DNA of 58,100 bases from a virus (Duplodnaviria > Caudoviricetes), in the IMG/VR virus record IMGVR_UViG_3300030433_000606, positions 1 through 58,100 of that record; one strand, given 5' to 3'. Numbering within the stretch: position 1 is the first letter of the stretch; every line of letters begins with the position of its first letter. The notes below the pieces were generated by a model. That model was not told the DNA's origin, did no database searches, and saw only the letters and a program-made list of their open reading frames with translations. Below are positions 10,145 to 19,877 of the stretch, piece by piece. Made by a program: the position numbers and the translations under genes.

Positions 10145-10378
10145 ATGGATATGACTTCTTTCTATTCAGCAGTTAGTGATATGACTAATTTGCGCAAATC
10201 AGTGATAGTTGACATGATAATGGTGCAATTAATCTCATTGACAGTAGGTTGTTTCCTTATCTTAGTGTTTTCGGGGCCGGATATGAACTCCACTACGCTT
10301 AGTTGGATTATAGGCTCACTATTCGTTTGTTTTACTGCTACCGGCATCGTCTATCGCAGACTCGCTAGTCAAGGGTAA
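10145..10378 (+). CDS. Small 2-TM membrane protein (holin-like topology)
   Basis: GGAGGA RBS; two hydrophobic segments and a basic C-terminus (YRRLASQG). Confidence 0.7.
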   Translation: MDMTSFYSAVSDMTNLRKSVIVDMIMVQLISLTVGCFLILVFSGPDMNSTTLSWIIGSLFVCFTATGIVYRRLASQG

Positions 10379-10630
10379 TTTCCATTTACCGATAGGACAT
10401 TCGCTATTTTTGAGCATACTCTTGGTTTTCAAAAAGCAACCGCATAATCCACACCTTTTGTGTTGTCTTTCGGGGCAACTTTGGCAAATCCATAGCCTCC
10501 GCTGCCTCTCTTTCATATCAGCGCGTTGATTAGTAATCAAATCAGCAGCGGCGCGCGAAAGACTCTTCGCAGTCCCTATTGACATAGGAACTCCGCCCAC
10601 TTTTGGTGCGCGCTGTAAGCGTTTTCGCAT
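10319..10630 (-). CDS. Small Cys-rich zinc-binding protein (DUF6171-like from memory)
   Basis: RLWICQSCP...CGLCGCFLKTK...CPIGKW is a pattern common in marine phage proteins; the only credible minus-strand gene. Confidence 0.7.
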   Translation of the reverse strand: MRKRLQRAPKVGGVPMSIGTAKSLSRAAADLITNQRADMKERQRRLWICQSCPERQHKRCGLCGCFLKTKSMLKNSECPIGKWKLPLTSESAIDDAGSSKTNE

Positions 10631-10668
10631 GGAAAAGGTTCTTTTGCCACCACTACATGGTCTTTGCT

Positions 10669-11337
10669 ATGGCGGAGCGTATAACTAGGGCATCCTGTAA
10701 GTTCTGTCAAGACCCCGACCGCGATAGCGTTGAAGAATTGATGAAAGCAGGTATTATGTCTGCTAAGGAATTGGATAAACAACGAAATTGGCGCGAAGGA
10801 ACTGCTGATAGACACTTTAGGAACCACATGGGCGAGTATCACATGTCGAGTAACAGTGATTGCGCCTTTTGCACTTCACCTAAACGCGAATCACTTGAGA
10901 TGGCGTATTTCAATGGTGGTATGACTAGCCAACAGATAGCAGAAGATTTGCAGATACCGGAATCCACGGTGTATCATCATATTAGACATCATCTCAAACC
11001 TATCGTGCAAAAGGGTGCAGCGGACCTAATTATTGTTGAAGCAGGTCAAGAGATGGATGCCTTGCGGAATAATTTATCGCGAATCAATGGTGAATTAGGT
11101 CATTTCCTTGACGATGCTGACCGTAATGACCCTCAGTATGTGCGTAACATTGTATCGCTACACAAAGAAGTGCGTGAAACGGTAAAAGACATTATGCGCG
11201 TCCAAGAGCGTGCTGCTGGAACTACTAATGAGAACATGACCGCACAGACAATAAACATCCTCAAAGTCGAATTAGCGAAGGAGTCACCCGAAGTTTGGGC
11301 TAGACTACGCGGTAAACTGATAGGAGATGATGCTTGA
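10669..11337 (+). CDS. Putative terminase small subunit / DNA-binding protein with tandem Zn-HTH repeats
   Basis: Two repeats of CxxC-HTH-HxxxH (CKFC...RHFRNH; CAFC...HHIRHH) followed by a coiled coil; lies upstream of TerL. ATG 10669 chosen to avoid overlap with the divergent gene. Confidence 0.55.
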   Translation: MAERITRASCKFCQDPDRDSVEELMKAGIMSAKELDKQRNWREGTADRHFRNHMGEYHMSSNSDCAFCTSPKRESLEMAYFNGGMTSQQIAEDLQIPESTVYHHIRHHLKPIVQKGAADLIIVEAGQEMDALRNNLSRINGELGHFLDDADRNDPQYVRNIVSLHKEVRETVKDIMRVQERAAGTTNENMTAQTINILKVELAKESPEVWARLRGKLIGDDA

Positions 11338-12602
11338 TGGTTGGTGGTCCCGAAGGTAGCACCGCTGGACTGCGATTCAATCCTCGACAAAGTGCTGAAG
11401 AGTTGGAAGACGATTCTAGCGTTGGTCGCGAAGATTCAGAAGAGCGTGCCAAGCATGAGGCTAAGAAGCGCGAAGAACAGGAAAAGCGTGCTAAAAAATT
11501 GCATGGTATTCAACACATGAAAATCAAAATCCCTCAGAAAAACCCCGAAGATGAGGAAGATAGTCAAGTGAAACAACAGGCTGAACTTGCTCAAATGACA
11601 GGACAGGTCGGTCAAAACGAGGCTAACGCAGGTGGTAATCCAAATGCTAGCGGATTAGGTTCTAACATTCTTTTGTCAACAACAGATTACATTGACGATG
11701 CGTTTGAGATGATTCGCAAAAAGAAGAATGAGCCGAAATATGATACAGACAAACCACAGAAAACCACTACTATTGAAACTGTAAGAGCGCGCGAAAGAGC
11801 AAAAACAGGGAAGAAGCGTAAAGCGAAAAAGAATGTTAGAGTCGAGTCCATCAAAAGGAGAAGAAGGAAGAAGGGTAGCGGTGTGCCACTGAAAGCGGGG
11901 AATGTACGCCAACCCGGAATTGCTGCTACTATGTCTGCGGCTCGCGCACCTTATGCTTCATTCGGTGGAGGTTACACTTACAGGCAAAGAACCGCGCCTG
12001 TAAGACTCACCACTTCAACAGGGCGTTCTAGGGCAAAAGCCTCCTATGAGAATCCTAGAGAGCGTGAAGCAGAAGCGATGAGGCAGCAACAAAGGCAGAA
12101 TCAGCCAACACAGGATGTAACACCGCCTATCCCAACAGTCACCCCTACTGCAAGAATACCACGCGCGGTTAGAGGGTCAAGAGATTCTAAGCCACATAAA
12201 AAGGCTACTAGGCAACCAAGAACTGCGGCAACACCGGGTGGTGCTGAAGCCGCGAAGGACATATCCCTTGCTGGTGGTCGTGCTTCTGCTATGGCCGCTG
12301 GTGGTATCGGCTCAAGCGATTCAATTCTTGCGTCTGAAGAGTTTATCAGAAAGGGCAAGTTGAACCAACGCGATAAGATAGAATATCGTCAATTGATAGA
12401 CCAACTCAACCATCTATTGCGTCGATTGATGCGTAAAGAGGATAAGTCGATGCAGGGTGCTGATGAGAAATCGTCACCTAACTCATCGGGTGGCCTTTCA
12501 TCTAATCCAACAGGGGCTACTGATGTGGACCCCGATGATGATGCTACACGATGGGGCGCACATCCTTATGACTTGTATGTAAGACGAGGTGGTATAGGTT
12601 GA
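11334..12602 (+). CDS. Low-complexity protein with acidic and highly basic segments
   Basis: 422-aa ORF with overlapping start/stop; K/R-rich centre (KRRRRKKG). Confidence 0.7.
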   Translation: MMVGGPEGSTAGLRFNPRQSAEELEDDSSVGREDSEERAKHEAKKREEQEKRAKKLHGIQHMKIKIPQKNPEDEEDSQVKQQAELAQMTGQVGQNEANAGGNPNASGLGSNILLSTTDYIDDAFEMIRKKKNEPKYDTDKPQKTTTIETVRARERAKTGKKRKAKKNVRVESIKRRRRKKGSGVPLKAGNVRQPGIAATMSAARAPYASFGGGYTYRQRTAPVRLTTSTGRSRAKASYENPREREAEAMRQQQRQNQPTQDVTPPIPTVTPTARIPRAVRGSRDSKPHKKATRQPRTAATPGGAEAAKDISLAGGRASAMAAGGIGSSDSILASEEFIRKGKLNQRDKIEYRQLIDQLNHLLRRLMRKEDKSMQGADEKSSPNSSGGLSSNPTGATDVDPDDDATRWGAHPYDLYVRRGGIG

Positions 12603-13081
12603 AACAGGATTGGTGGGTTTTGTTAAAAGCGCGTGGCGCGCCTAAAAGAAGGGAAGAGTTGCGGAGAATAGCCGATACATTTTACGATGATGAGGAACCA
12701 TCATACAGCGAGAAAAGACTTGCGACATTAGCGCGACATTCTGATGAGTTGGCGCAAACGATTGGTGAACAGACAGGTAAACCCGCGCACAAATACAAAG
12801 ATAAGGTGCAAGTCGTAGCGAGAGAAGGTTACGACACTCCGCAATTCAAAGATAATGTGGCGAGAGTTACTTATCAAAGAGAAAGAAGGCCGAGTCCGGG
12901 TAACAAAAATGATAATCCGTGGAGTGAAGACGGAATTAAAGATATACGCTTCTTAGGTGACGCTCGTAATCCATATTCTAAGTATGATGAACTGAGTCAA
13001 ATAATGCCGAAAGAGCCGGAATACAATCTTGAAGATGACGAAGAGTTCCTTGAAAATATGAGAAGGATGGGGTTAGATTGA
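12599..13081 (+). CDS. Hypothetical protein with W-x-x-L-K leader
   Basis: TTGA coupling on both sides; begins MKQDWWVLLKA. Confidence 0.7.
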   Translation: MKQDWWVLLKARGAPKRREELRRIADTFYDDEEPSYSEKRLATLARHSDELAQTIGEQTGKPAHKYKDKVQVVAREGYDTPQFKDNVARVTYQRERRPSPGNKNDNPWSEDGIKDIRFLGDARNPYSKYDELSQIMPKEPEYNLEDDEEFLENMRRMGLD

Positions 13082-14910
13082 GCGATATAATTCTCAAGGG
13101 TAAGGGTGTTTGGTATCACGATGTCGAGGGTAAGTATGGTCCGCCGGGTAAGCACCACGCCATGTCATTTCCACCGCGACATTCAGACCACACCAAGCAC
13201 AGTCATTTCCACATCAACAGTTTAACAGGTGAACTGTTTGATAATTTGAGCGAAAGAGTGTTGAATAAATGGCCTATGGAAATCGCTGCTAACATAGTCG
13301 CTTCTGATATGATGAAGAATGGTTACAAAGACGAAAGCGGTGCGCAAAGATACCCTGCTAGTGAAGGTAGCGCGCAAAGATTAGCAAGAGATTTTTTTAA
13401 CGAAGCAACAATGATGTTCAACGCGACAAAAAGAAGTTCGGGGGATGATTTCAATATTTTACCACTCCCTTTCGGCAGAGATGGTAGTTTACATTCTGAA
13501 TACAAAAACAATCACTATGGCGGTCATCAAGGTCGTCGCGTGCCTACATCAGAAAGAACCGTGAGAACTAATGATGGTAAGTTGATTAACAACCATGCGC
13601 GAAATGAAGCACATCCAACATTAGGTCAACACCTTGAATCAGCCGCGCTTCACGCTGATAAGGAACTCAGAGAAGTGTTCAAGAAAAGAAATGTGCAAAC
13701 TTCAATAGGCGCGAAACAGAATGTAATTGAACCCGGTCAAATTACTGACGGGTTAACTTACAGAGTTACTTCAAATGAGAAAGACCCTACACAACCGGGT
13801 CGCACTAAAATGACGCGTGATTCAAAAAGATTACACGGAGAAAGTGCTGCGTATGGCAAGATAACGCCTATGGATATTGTTTCAGTTTTACCAAATGACT
13901 TCTTCGTACCTTCATCATCGGGAAACATGTCAACAAGAATTATGAATCAACTAATGGAGAGAGGTTACGACCAACCAACCGCGAGAGCGATGGCTCGCGC
14001 ACCTGTTAATCAATTACTATTCGGTAGCGGTAAAGACGGTAGGGCATCGGGTTTGCGAAAAGTCATGAAAAACATGAGAGCCGCGTTACAGATAGAAAAC
14101 CCCGAAGTGAATGACATCTATTTAGACCACAAAAGCCATGTCGCTTCAGATGTAGGTGATGATGATAACGGGAGAACTAATGCTACTATTGAAATCTTGG
14201 CTATGTTGAAAACTGCTGAAACATTAGGTATAGATATGAACGCTATGTCAATGTTCCCGACTGCACCAAAGAGTGTTGTTAGTGGATGGAAAGATGTCGC
14301 GTTAACAAGTGGTGGTAAGCAGATTGACTTAGACGCGCTAGGTAGCGTGGACCAAAGACACTTCATGCACGACAATTATAGCGAAGAGACAGACCACTTA
14401 CATCAATCATTCCCCGATTATCTTAGCGGTGGTAGCACGACTGATATGTCACAGAAACCAAAGCCTGTCGCGGAAGACCCAATGAGTGACTTACCACCAA
14501 CAGTTTCAACTCAAGAACCGTTAGCACAAGACCCACTAGGGCCTCTAGGCGGTAGTGCTAATGTGCAGGGTGCGTATGAGCAGCCTTCATTTAGTTACGA
14601 CCCTAATCTCGGTTTTTCTCCCGGTGACTTTGATTTCAGATATTCAGATGATGACCCGATGGGTGTTATCGCGACCATAATGGAACGCGTGCAGTTGCAC
14701 GACGCGGGTGGTTCTTTGATTACAAAGTTCGACCCAAACGATTCTTACGATATGCAAAAATTAAGTCAAGAAGTAGGCATGTCGAGTATTGATGTGCGCG
14801 CTATCGCGATGAGTGTAGGAGATTGGGCTATTATAGCGAAATCCTTTAACACTACACATGATGTGGTTCGCGCTATCAAGAGGTCTTGCGGGGGCATCAT
14901 TTATGGTTGA
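13078..14910 (+). CDS. Hypothetical protein (610 aa), possible head-associated
   Basis: Long ORF beginning MSDIILKG. Confidence 0.75.
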   Translation: MSDIILKGKGVWYHDVEGKYGPPGKHHAMSFPPRHSDHTKHSHFHINSLTGELFDNLSERVLNKWPMEIAANIVASDMMKNGYKDESGAQRYPASEGSAQRLARDFFNEATMMFNATKRSSGDDFNILPLPFGRDGSLHSEYKNNHYGGHQGRRVPTSERTVRTNDGKLINNHARNEAHPTLGQHLESAALHADKELREVFKKRNVQTSIGAKQNVIEPGQITDGLTYRVTSNEKDPTQPGRTKMTRDSKRLHGESAAYGKITPMDIVSVLPNDFFVPSSSGNMSTRIMNQLMERGYDQPTARAMARAPVNQLLFGSGKDGRASGLRKVMKNMRAALQIENPEVNDIYLDHKSHVASDVGDDDNGRTNATIEILAMLKTAETLGIDMNAMSMFPTAPKSVVSGWKDVALTSGGKQIDLDALGSVDQRHFMHDNYSEETDHLHQSFPDYLSGGSTTDMSQKPKPVAEDPMSDLPPTVSTQEPLAQDPLGPLGGSANVQGAYEQPSFSYDPNLGFSPGDFDFRYSDDDPMGVIATIMERVQLHDAGGSLITKFDPNDSYDMQKLSQEVGMSSIDVRAIAMSVGDWAIIAKSFNTTHDVVRAIKRSCGGIIYG

Positions 14911-16570
14911 AATGTGGGAATTAGAATGGAATAGTAGTATGATGCAACACGGTGTTGACATGGGTACTATGGAGTTTATCTTCGCGAAAGGTGGCACACT
15001 GAAAGATTTCAATTATGTTATGTTAGATACTAATGATGACACTTGGGAACCGCTTATCAAGGCTGTCGCGGAACGCGAAAACTCCCATCCCGACATTATC
15101 CGTAAGAATGTTCCGGGTGTTCCTGCTAATGCCGCACCGGGCTTTTTTGGAGTACCCGATACTTACAGACCCGCTGTTCAAATGCAAATGAACCCCGTTG
15201 ACGGTCATAATTATACTGTTGCGGCGCAAAACAGAAAACAAGCGCGAGAATTACTTGCTGCGCAAAGAGTTGCGGAAGCAGACCGAAGATTGTATAATGC
15301 ACAACAAGCAGGTGAAAGACCGAGGATTCGCGACTTAGCACAAACAGGTCAAAAAGGCGCGGCACTAGGGCAAGGACTCAAAGATGTTGGTAACATAGGG
15401 CTTGGTTTGGCTGCTGGTGGCGCGTATGGATTAGGTTCTGCTTTGGGTATGACTCAAGGAGGTCGCGAAGCATATGGCAAGTTTGGTCGAGGTGTTGTTG
15501 ACGCTGGTAAGGCTGCTGGTGGTTATTTAGCGCGGAAGTTCCCCGGTGTCAAAGATAGAATGGGTCGCTTCATGCAAGGCATCAAGGCAGCACCGGGTGC
15601 GTTCAAAGATTACATGGGCGAGAGAAGAGATTTGAGAGAAGGGCGCGCTAGAAGAGAGTTATTAGAAAGCGGTGCTAGCAGACGACAAGATTACAGCAAC
15701 AGGATGGTTCCCGGCTCTGAAGGTTACGACCAACAAATGAAGAATTACGATAGAGGTATGATGCAAAGATACTTCCCCGATGGTTTACCTAAATACCCCG
15801 AAGGTCATGAGAAGGCGGGTCAAACGATGACTGTTGATGATGCTTTGCGAAGTGAGATTTCTGATATTGGTACACAACAAGCCAATCGCAGAGGATTCCG
15901 CGGCGCGCTTAGGGATAGGATGGACCCCGGAGTTGATGTATCAGTGGAAGGAATTGATATTGATGAACCACTAGCAGGTGTCTCTGACCCTATGCTCGAT
16001 GCTGATGCAACACCACCCGAAGCCGAAGAAGCACCAAGCAGCGTGACATTCACATCCAAACCCGAAGAAGAAGCACCGCCGGAAACTCAAGCAGGGCCAC
16101 CTACACCTGTTGAACCGGATGTAGCCGAAGTTACTGAGCCGGAGATGGATGACCCTGCTATCGCTTTTGGTGATGAAATGGCTGGATTAGCAGGTTACAA
16201 ATCCGGTGGTTCGCGTAGGAAAGCCGCAGAAATAGCGCGAGGTATGTTCGATAACAAACCCGCGAGTTACGAAGAAATTGTAGCAGCAACAGGTAAAGCA
16301 GGTTATAGGTCGAAGTTAGCAAACGCGATTGCGGAATATCACGGTATATCGCCAACACAAGCCGTACAAGTAGTACAAGCAGCGGATGCGGGCAATCCAC
16401 AAGCGCAAGAGGTTGTCGAAGAGGCGGCTAACAAATCACCAATATCATTTGAGTCTAAGCCCGATGACGATGACGATGAAGACCCTGTTGGTGCTGGATT
16501 GATGGAGTTGTCCGAAGATAAGCACCACGCGAGTTGGGATTCGCTATTGAAAGGGTTGAACATAAGGTGA
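14903..16570 (+). CDS. Hypothetical protein, G/A-rich middle and acidic P-rich tail
   Basis: ATG 14903 (MVEMWELEW); ends ASWDSLLKGLNIR. Confidence 0.75.
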   Translation: MVEMWELEWNSSMMQHGVDMGTMEFIFAKGGTLKDFNYVMLDTNDDTWEPLIKAVAERENSHPDIIRKNVPGVPANAAPGFFGVPDTYRPAVQMQMNPVDGHNYTVAAQNRKQARELLAAQRVAEADRRLYNAQQAGERPRIRDLAQTGQKGAALGQGLKDVGNIGLGLAAGGAYGLGSALGMTQGGREAYGKFGRGVVDAGKAAGGYLARKFPGVKDRMGRFMQGIKAAPGAFKDYMGERRDLREGRARRELLESGASRRQDYSNRMVPGSEGYDQQMKNYDRGMMQRYFPDGLPKYPEGHEKAGQTMTVDDALRSEISDIGTQQANRRGFRGALRDRMDPGVDVSVEGIDIDEPLAGVSDPMLDADATPPEAEEAPSSVTFTSKPEEEAPPETQAGPPTPVEPDVAEVTEPEMDDPAIAFGDEMAGLAGYKSGGSRRKAAEIARGMFDNKPASYEEIVAATGKAGYRSKLANAIAEYHGISPTQAVQVVQAADAGNPQAQEVVEEAANKSPISFESKPDDDDDEDPVGAGLMELSEDKHHASWDSLLKGLNIR

Positions 16571-16574
16571 TTGT

Positions 16575-17975
16575 GTGCAGCAATTATCCCTTGAAGCAAT
16601 CGAAGAAATCGACTTTGAAGTAGCGAAGCGTGACTTCAAGTTCTTCTTTGAAGAGATTCTTGGGTTTCAATTATCACACCACCACGAAAGATGGTATAAC
16701 AATCTTGAGAAACGCAAGCGATATTGTGTAAAAGCAGCGCGTGACCACGGTAAGTCAACGCTGTTTCTCGGCTATATGCTATGGAAAACTGCATTCAATC
16801 CAAAGACCAAAGCAGTATTGATTTCACACAGTCTGCATCAGTCTATACACCACATGCGAACACTGAATGATTTAATCGACGGTGTGCCATTCCTTGCTAA
16901 AATGAAGAAGCCGGATAGTTGGTCTAAAACATTCTTCGGTTTTTCTAATGGTTCTAACATTAGCGCGAAATCAGTGGGTGGTGCTATTCGTGGTATTCAC
17001 CCCGATTTGATTCTTTGCGACGACATTCTGTGGGGTACTACCGATACAGAACTTGCTCGCGTTGCATCGTGGTTTTACGAAGTTCTCGTACCGACACTTC
17101 ACCACACATCTAAACTGATGATAGTTGGTACACCGTTTACACCTACTGACCTTTACACTGAACTAGAAAGTCGTGACGGTTATCTTGTTGAAACATATCC
17201 CGCGATAAACGCTCAAGGTGTAGCACTATGGCCGGAGCGATGGGACCTAGAATCATTGGATGCGCGCAGGGCAGATATGCCAGCGATTGCGTTTGCTCGC
17301 GAATATCTGTGTGAACCAATGGACGATGTATCAAGTCTATTCCCTTCAACTATCCTACAAGCCGCGAAAGATAGTACACTCAAAATTATTGAGCGTGAAG
17401 TTGGTGACCCCGACGACCAATACTTCATCGGTTGGGACCCTGCTATTTCGAGTGACCGCGCAGCAGACTACACAGTTATGGTAGTGCTTCGTCGCCCATC
17501 CACTAACCCCGAATTGCTTGAATTAGTTCATGCTGTGCGCCGTAAGAATATGGACTTCCGCACACAAATCATGGAGATTCAGCGTTTGAATGCAAAGTTC
17601 AATCCCGATGTAATTGAACTTGAGGCTAACAACTTCCAGCGTGTTTTCGCGACTGAATTACGCGCTGATACTGACCTTCCTATCAAGACATTCATTTCCA
17701 CACGCCAACGCCGTGAGTCGCTTCTCATGGGTTTGGTGTTACGCTTTGAGAAAGAGCAGATTCGTTTGCCGTGGGGAGATGACCGTTCACGCACGCTCAT
17801 GTCTGAACTTGAGCGAGAATTGCTTATGTTCGGTATGAGTAAGAAGGGTCGCCTTGATAGCATTGGGCGACACGATGACTTTGCTATCGCGTTAGCGTTA
17901 GCACATTGGGCTACTACCGAGTTCCGCGAGCGCATTGTGGACTTAGACGAAGTTATGGCGGGGTTGTTAGATTGA
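16575..17975 (+). CDS. terL: Terminase large subunit
   Basis: Walker A AARDHGKST, Walker B LILCDD, coupling motif VGTP, RNase H-like nuclease IGWDPA and C-terminal HDD; AGGTGA RBS. Confidence 0.95.
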   Translation: MQQLSLEAIEEIDFEVAKRDFKFFFEEILGFQLSHHHERWYNNLEKRKRYCVKAARDHGKSTLFLGYMLWKTAFNPKTKAVLISHSLHQSIHHMRTLNDLIDGVPFLAKMKKPDSWSKTFFGFSNGSNISAKSVGGAIRGIHPDLILCDDILWGTTDTELARVASWFYEVLVPTLHHTSKLMIVGTPFTPTDLYTELESRDGYLVETYPAINAQGVALWPERWDLESLDARRADMPAIAFAREYLCEPMDDVSSLFPSTILQAAKDSTLKIIEREVGDPDDQYFIGWDPAISSDRAADYTVMVVLRRPSTNPELLELVHAVRRKNMDFRTQIMEIQRLNAKFNPDVIELEANNFQRVFATELRADTDLPIKTFISTRQRRESLLMGLVLRFEKEQIRLPWGDDRSRTLMSELERELLMFGMSKKGRLDSIGRHDDFAIALALAHWATTEFRERIVDLDEVMAGLLD

Positions 17976-18247
17976 GCGATTGGTGGGTTGTTCTAAAAGA
18001 GGGGCGCGAAGTTCAATGCCCTAAATGTAAACGCATGTTTTATGGTGAAAATGCTTTACAGAACCACCATTGCATAGATGCTAACACAGATTACAGTCAA
18101 GAATTAACACCCCAAGAAAATACAGATATGTATGATTTTTTGGGTAAGTTTGGTTTGAATGTTACACAAGGTGATGAAAGTTGTCCCGCGTGTAAAGGCA
18201 AAGGAATGATAGAGGGTGACCCTTGTCCTCTTTGTAGGGGTGGTTGA
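17972..18247 (+). CDS. Small zinc-finger protein with leader MSDWWVVLK
   Basis: TTG 17972 overlaps the terL stop; CPKC...HHC and DnaJ-like CPACKGKG...CPLCRGG. Confidence 0.7.
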   Translation: MSDWWVVLKEGREVQCPKCKRMFYGENALQNHHCIDANTDYSQELTPQENTDMYDFLGKFGLNVTQGDESCPACKGKGMIEGDPCPLCRGG

Positions 18248-18248
18248 A

Positions 18249-18449
18249 ATGACTGATTGTAATTGTGAGTTTTGTGTAGGTACTGAAGCGGCTTTTGGTT
18301 ATCTTGAGAAGAAGTTATGTCCGGCTGGTAAAGCAGCAGCGAAGCGTAAGTTCAAAGTTTATCCAAGCGCGTATGCAAATGGTTGGGCTGTTCAATACTG
18401 TCGCGGCAAGTTCCGTGGTAAAAAGAAGAAGGGAGGCAAGAAGAAGTGA
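18249..18449 (+). CDS. Small basic protein (KRKFKVYPSAYAN family)
   Basis: ATG 18249 with GGTGG RBS; motif CPAGKAAAKRKFKVYPSAYANGWAVQYC recalled from marine phage proteins; K-rich tail. Confidence 0.7.
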   Translation: MTDCNCEFCVGTEAAFGYLEKKLCPAGKAAAKRKFKVYPSAYANGWAVQYCRGKFRGKKKKGGKKK

Positions 18450-19195
18450 ATCCTTTCAAAAAAGCGTGGGATATAATCAAGAATATCATTGAAGATGAAC
18501 ACCACCCGGCTCATAATGTCCCCATTGCGTATGATATGCATGGTAATCCTATCAAGCCACATACCGACGAGTTTACGAGAACTATGGCGGATGTAGGTAA
18601 CAACTGCCCGTATTGTGATGAGGGTCAAATATTGCATAGATGGGATGGCGCAGAGGGATGTACGCAAGAAGATTGTATCGCCAATACACCGGATGTAATG
18701 CAGTCGCGTACTGATAGACCTATGGGTAGGAATGGTGACTTTGTACCTGCGCGGATTAAAGAAGTGGGTAAAGTTTATCCAACTAAAACCAAATCAAGAA
18801 TAGTTGACCCATTAGAAGGTGTGCAATTTTTAGATGAGAATATGCGCAATGATGAAAGGAATCAACCTTATGTTGAAATCACTCCGAATGTTAGACAGGA
18901 TAATATTGTTCAACGATTAGGGTACAAAGATGAGATGCCTCCTAGTTACGCGTATGGTCCGGGTCACCCCGACCTTCGCGCCGGAGAAGAAATGAAAGTT
19001 CTTGAAGATGCGTGGGCTTTGATGAAAGCCAAGAAGGACGCACCTAATTACAGAAAAGCCACAGGCTCAAAGAAGTGTGGTAACTGTAAAGCGTGGGATG
19101 ATTCTGCGACAGATGACCCAAAGACGGGTTATTGTAAGTGGTATGATTTCAATTGCCACGAAGATTATACTTGTGATGCATGGGCTGGTAATTGA
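18446..19195 (+). CDS. Two-module protein with two leaders and a C-terminal HiPIP-like Cys domain
   Basis: MNPFKKAWDIIK at start; internal GGAG plus ATG 18992 (MKVLEDAWALMK) followed by CGNC..W..GYC..C..TCDAW. Confidence 0.7.
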   Translation: MNPFKKAWDIIKNIIEDEHHPAHNVPIAYDMHGNPIKPHTDEFTRTMADVGNNCPYCDEGQILHRWDGAEGCTQEDCIANTPDVMQSRTDRPMGRNGDFVPARIKEVGKVYPTKTKSRIVDPLEGVQFLDENMRNDERNQPYVEITPNVRQDNIVQRLGYKDEMPPSYAYGPGHPDLRAGEEMKVLEDAWALMKAKKDAPNYRKATGSKKCGNCKAWDDSATDDPKTGYCKWYDFNCHEDYTCDAWAGN

Positions 19196-19869
19196 TGGTG
19201 GAAAAGAATCTGAACCGTTGGTTCAAGGAGAAGTGGGTGGATGTTTCCCGCAAAAACAAGGATGGGTCACATCCTCCGTGTGGGCGAAGCAAAGCCAAGA
19301 CTTCTTCAAAGGGTTATCCAAAATGTCGTCCATCTGTCAAAGTGTCAAGTAAAACTCCAAAGACATCCGGCTCTATGTCGGAAGGTCAAAAGCGCGCGGC
19401 TACAAAACGAAAACGCAGTAAAAAACAAGGAGTGGGCGGTAAGCCGACGGTGGTGAAGATGGAATACGAATACATAGAACATGAGCCAATAACGGCAGAA
19501 GAATTAGCAATGATGACGGATGACGACATCGCGAAACAAGTAACATTTTGTTCGTGCTGCTCTCCGTTTGACATAGCAACTACTGTGCTAAAAGCAAAGA
19601 AGAAGAGTAAACCATTTCATGGTTACAATCCTAACAAGCACAGTCGAAAAGGTGGTCTAAACGCTAAAGGTCGTGCTGCTGCAAAGCGTAAGACAGGCGC
19701 GAATCTGAAACCACCTGTTACAACTAAACCTAGCAAACTCAAACCCGGCGGTAAAAAAGCCAAAAGACGCAAATCATTTTGTGCGCGGATGAGTGGTGTT
19801 AAAGGACCGACTTCTAAGAAGGGTAAACTAACACCGAAAGGTGCAGCACTGAAGAGGTGGAATTGTTGA
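19192..19869 (+). CDS. Highly basic two-module protein (DUF5872-/DUF6321-like from memory)
   Basis: LNRWFKEKWVDV...CGRS...YPKCRP module and GGLNAKGR...RRKSFCARM...KRWNC module, separated by an acidic linker. Confidence 0.7.
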   Translation: MMVEKNLNRWFKEKWVDVSRKNKDGSHPPCGRSKAKTSSKGYPKCRPSVKVSSKTPKTSGSMSEGQKRAATKRKRSKKQGVGGKPTVVKMEYEYIEHEPITAEELAMMTDDDIAKQVTFCSCCSPFDIATTVLKAKKKSKPFHGYNPNKHSRKGGLNAKGRAAAKRKTGANLKPPVTTKPSKLKPGGKKAKRRKSFCARMSGVKGPTSKKGKLTPKGAALKRWNC

Positions 19870-19877
19870 GTGAAATA

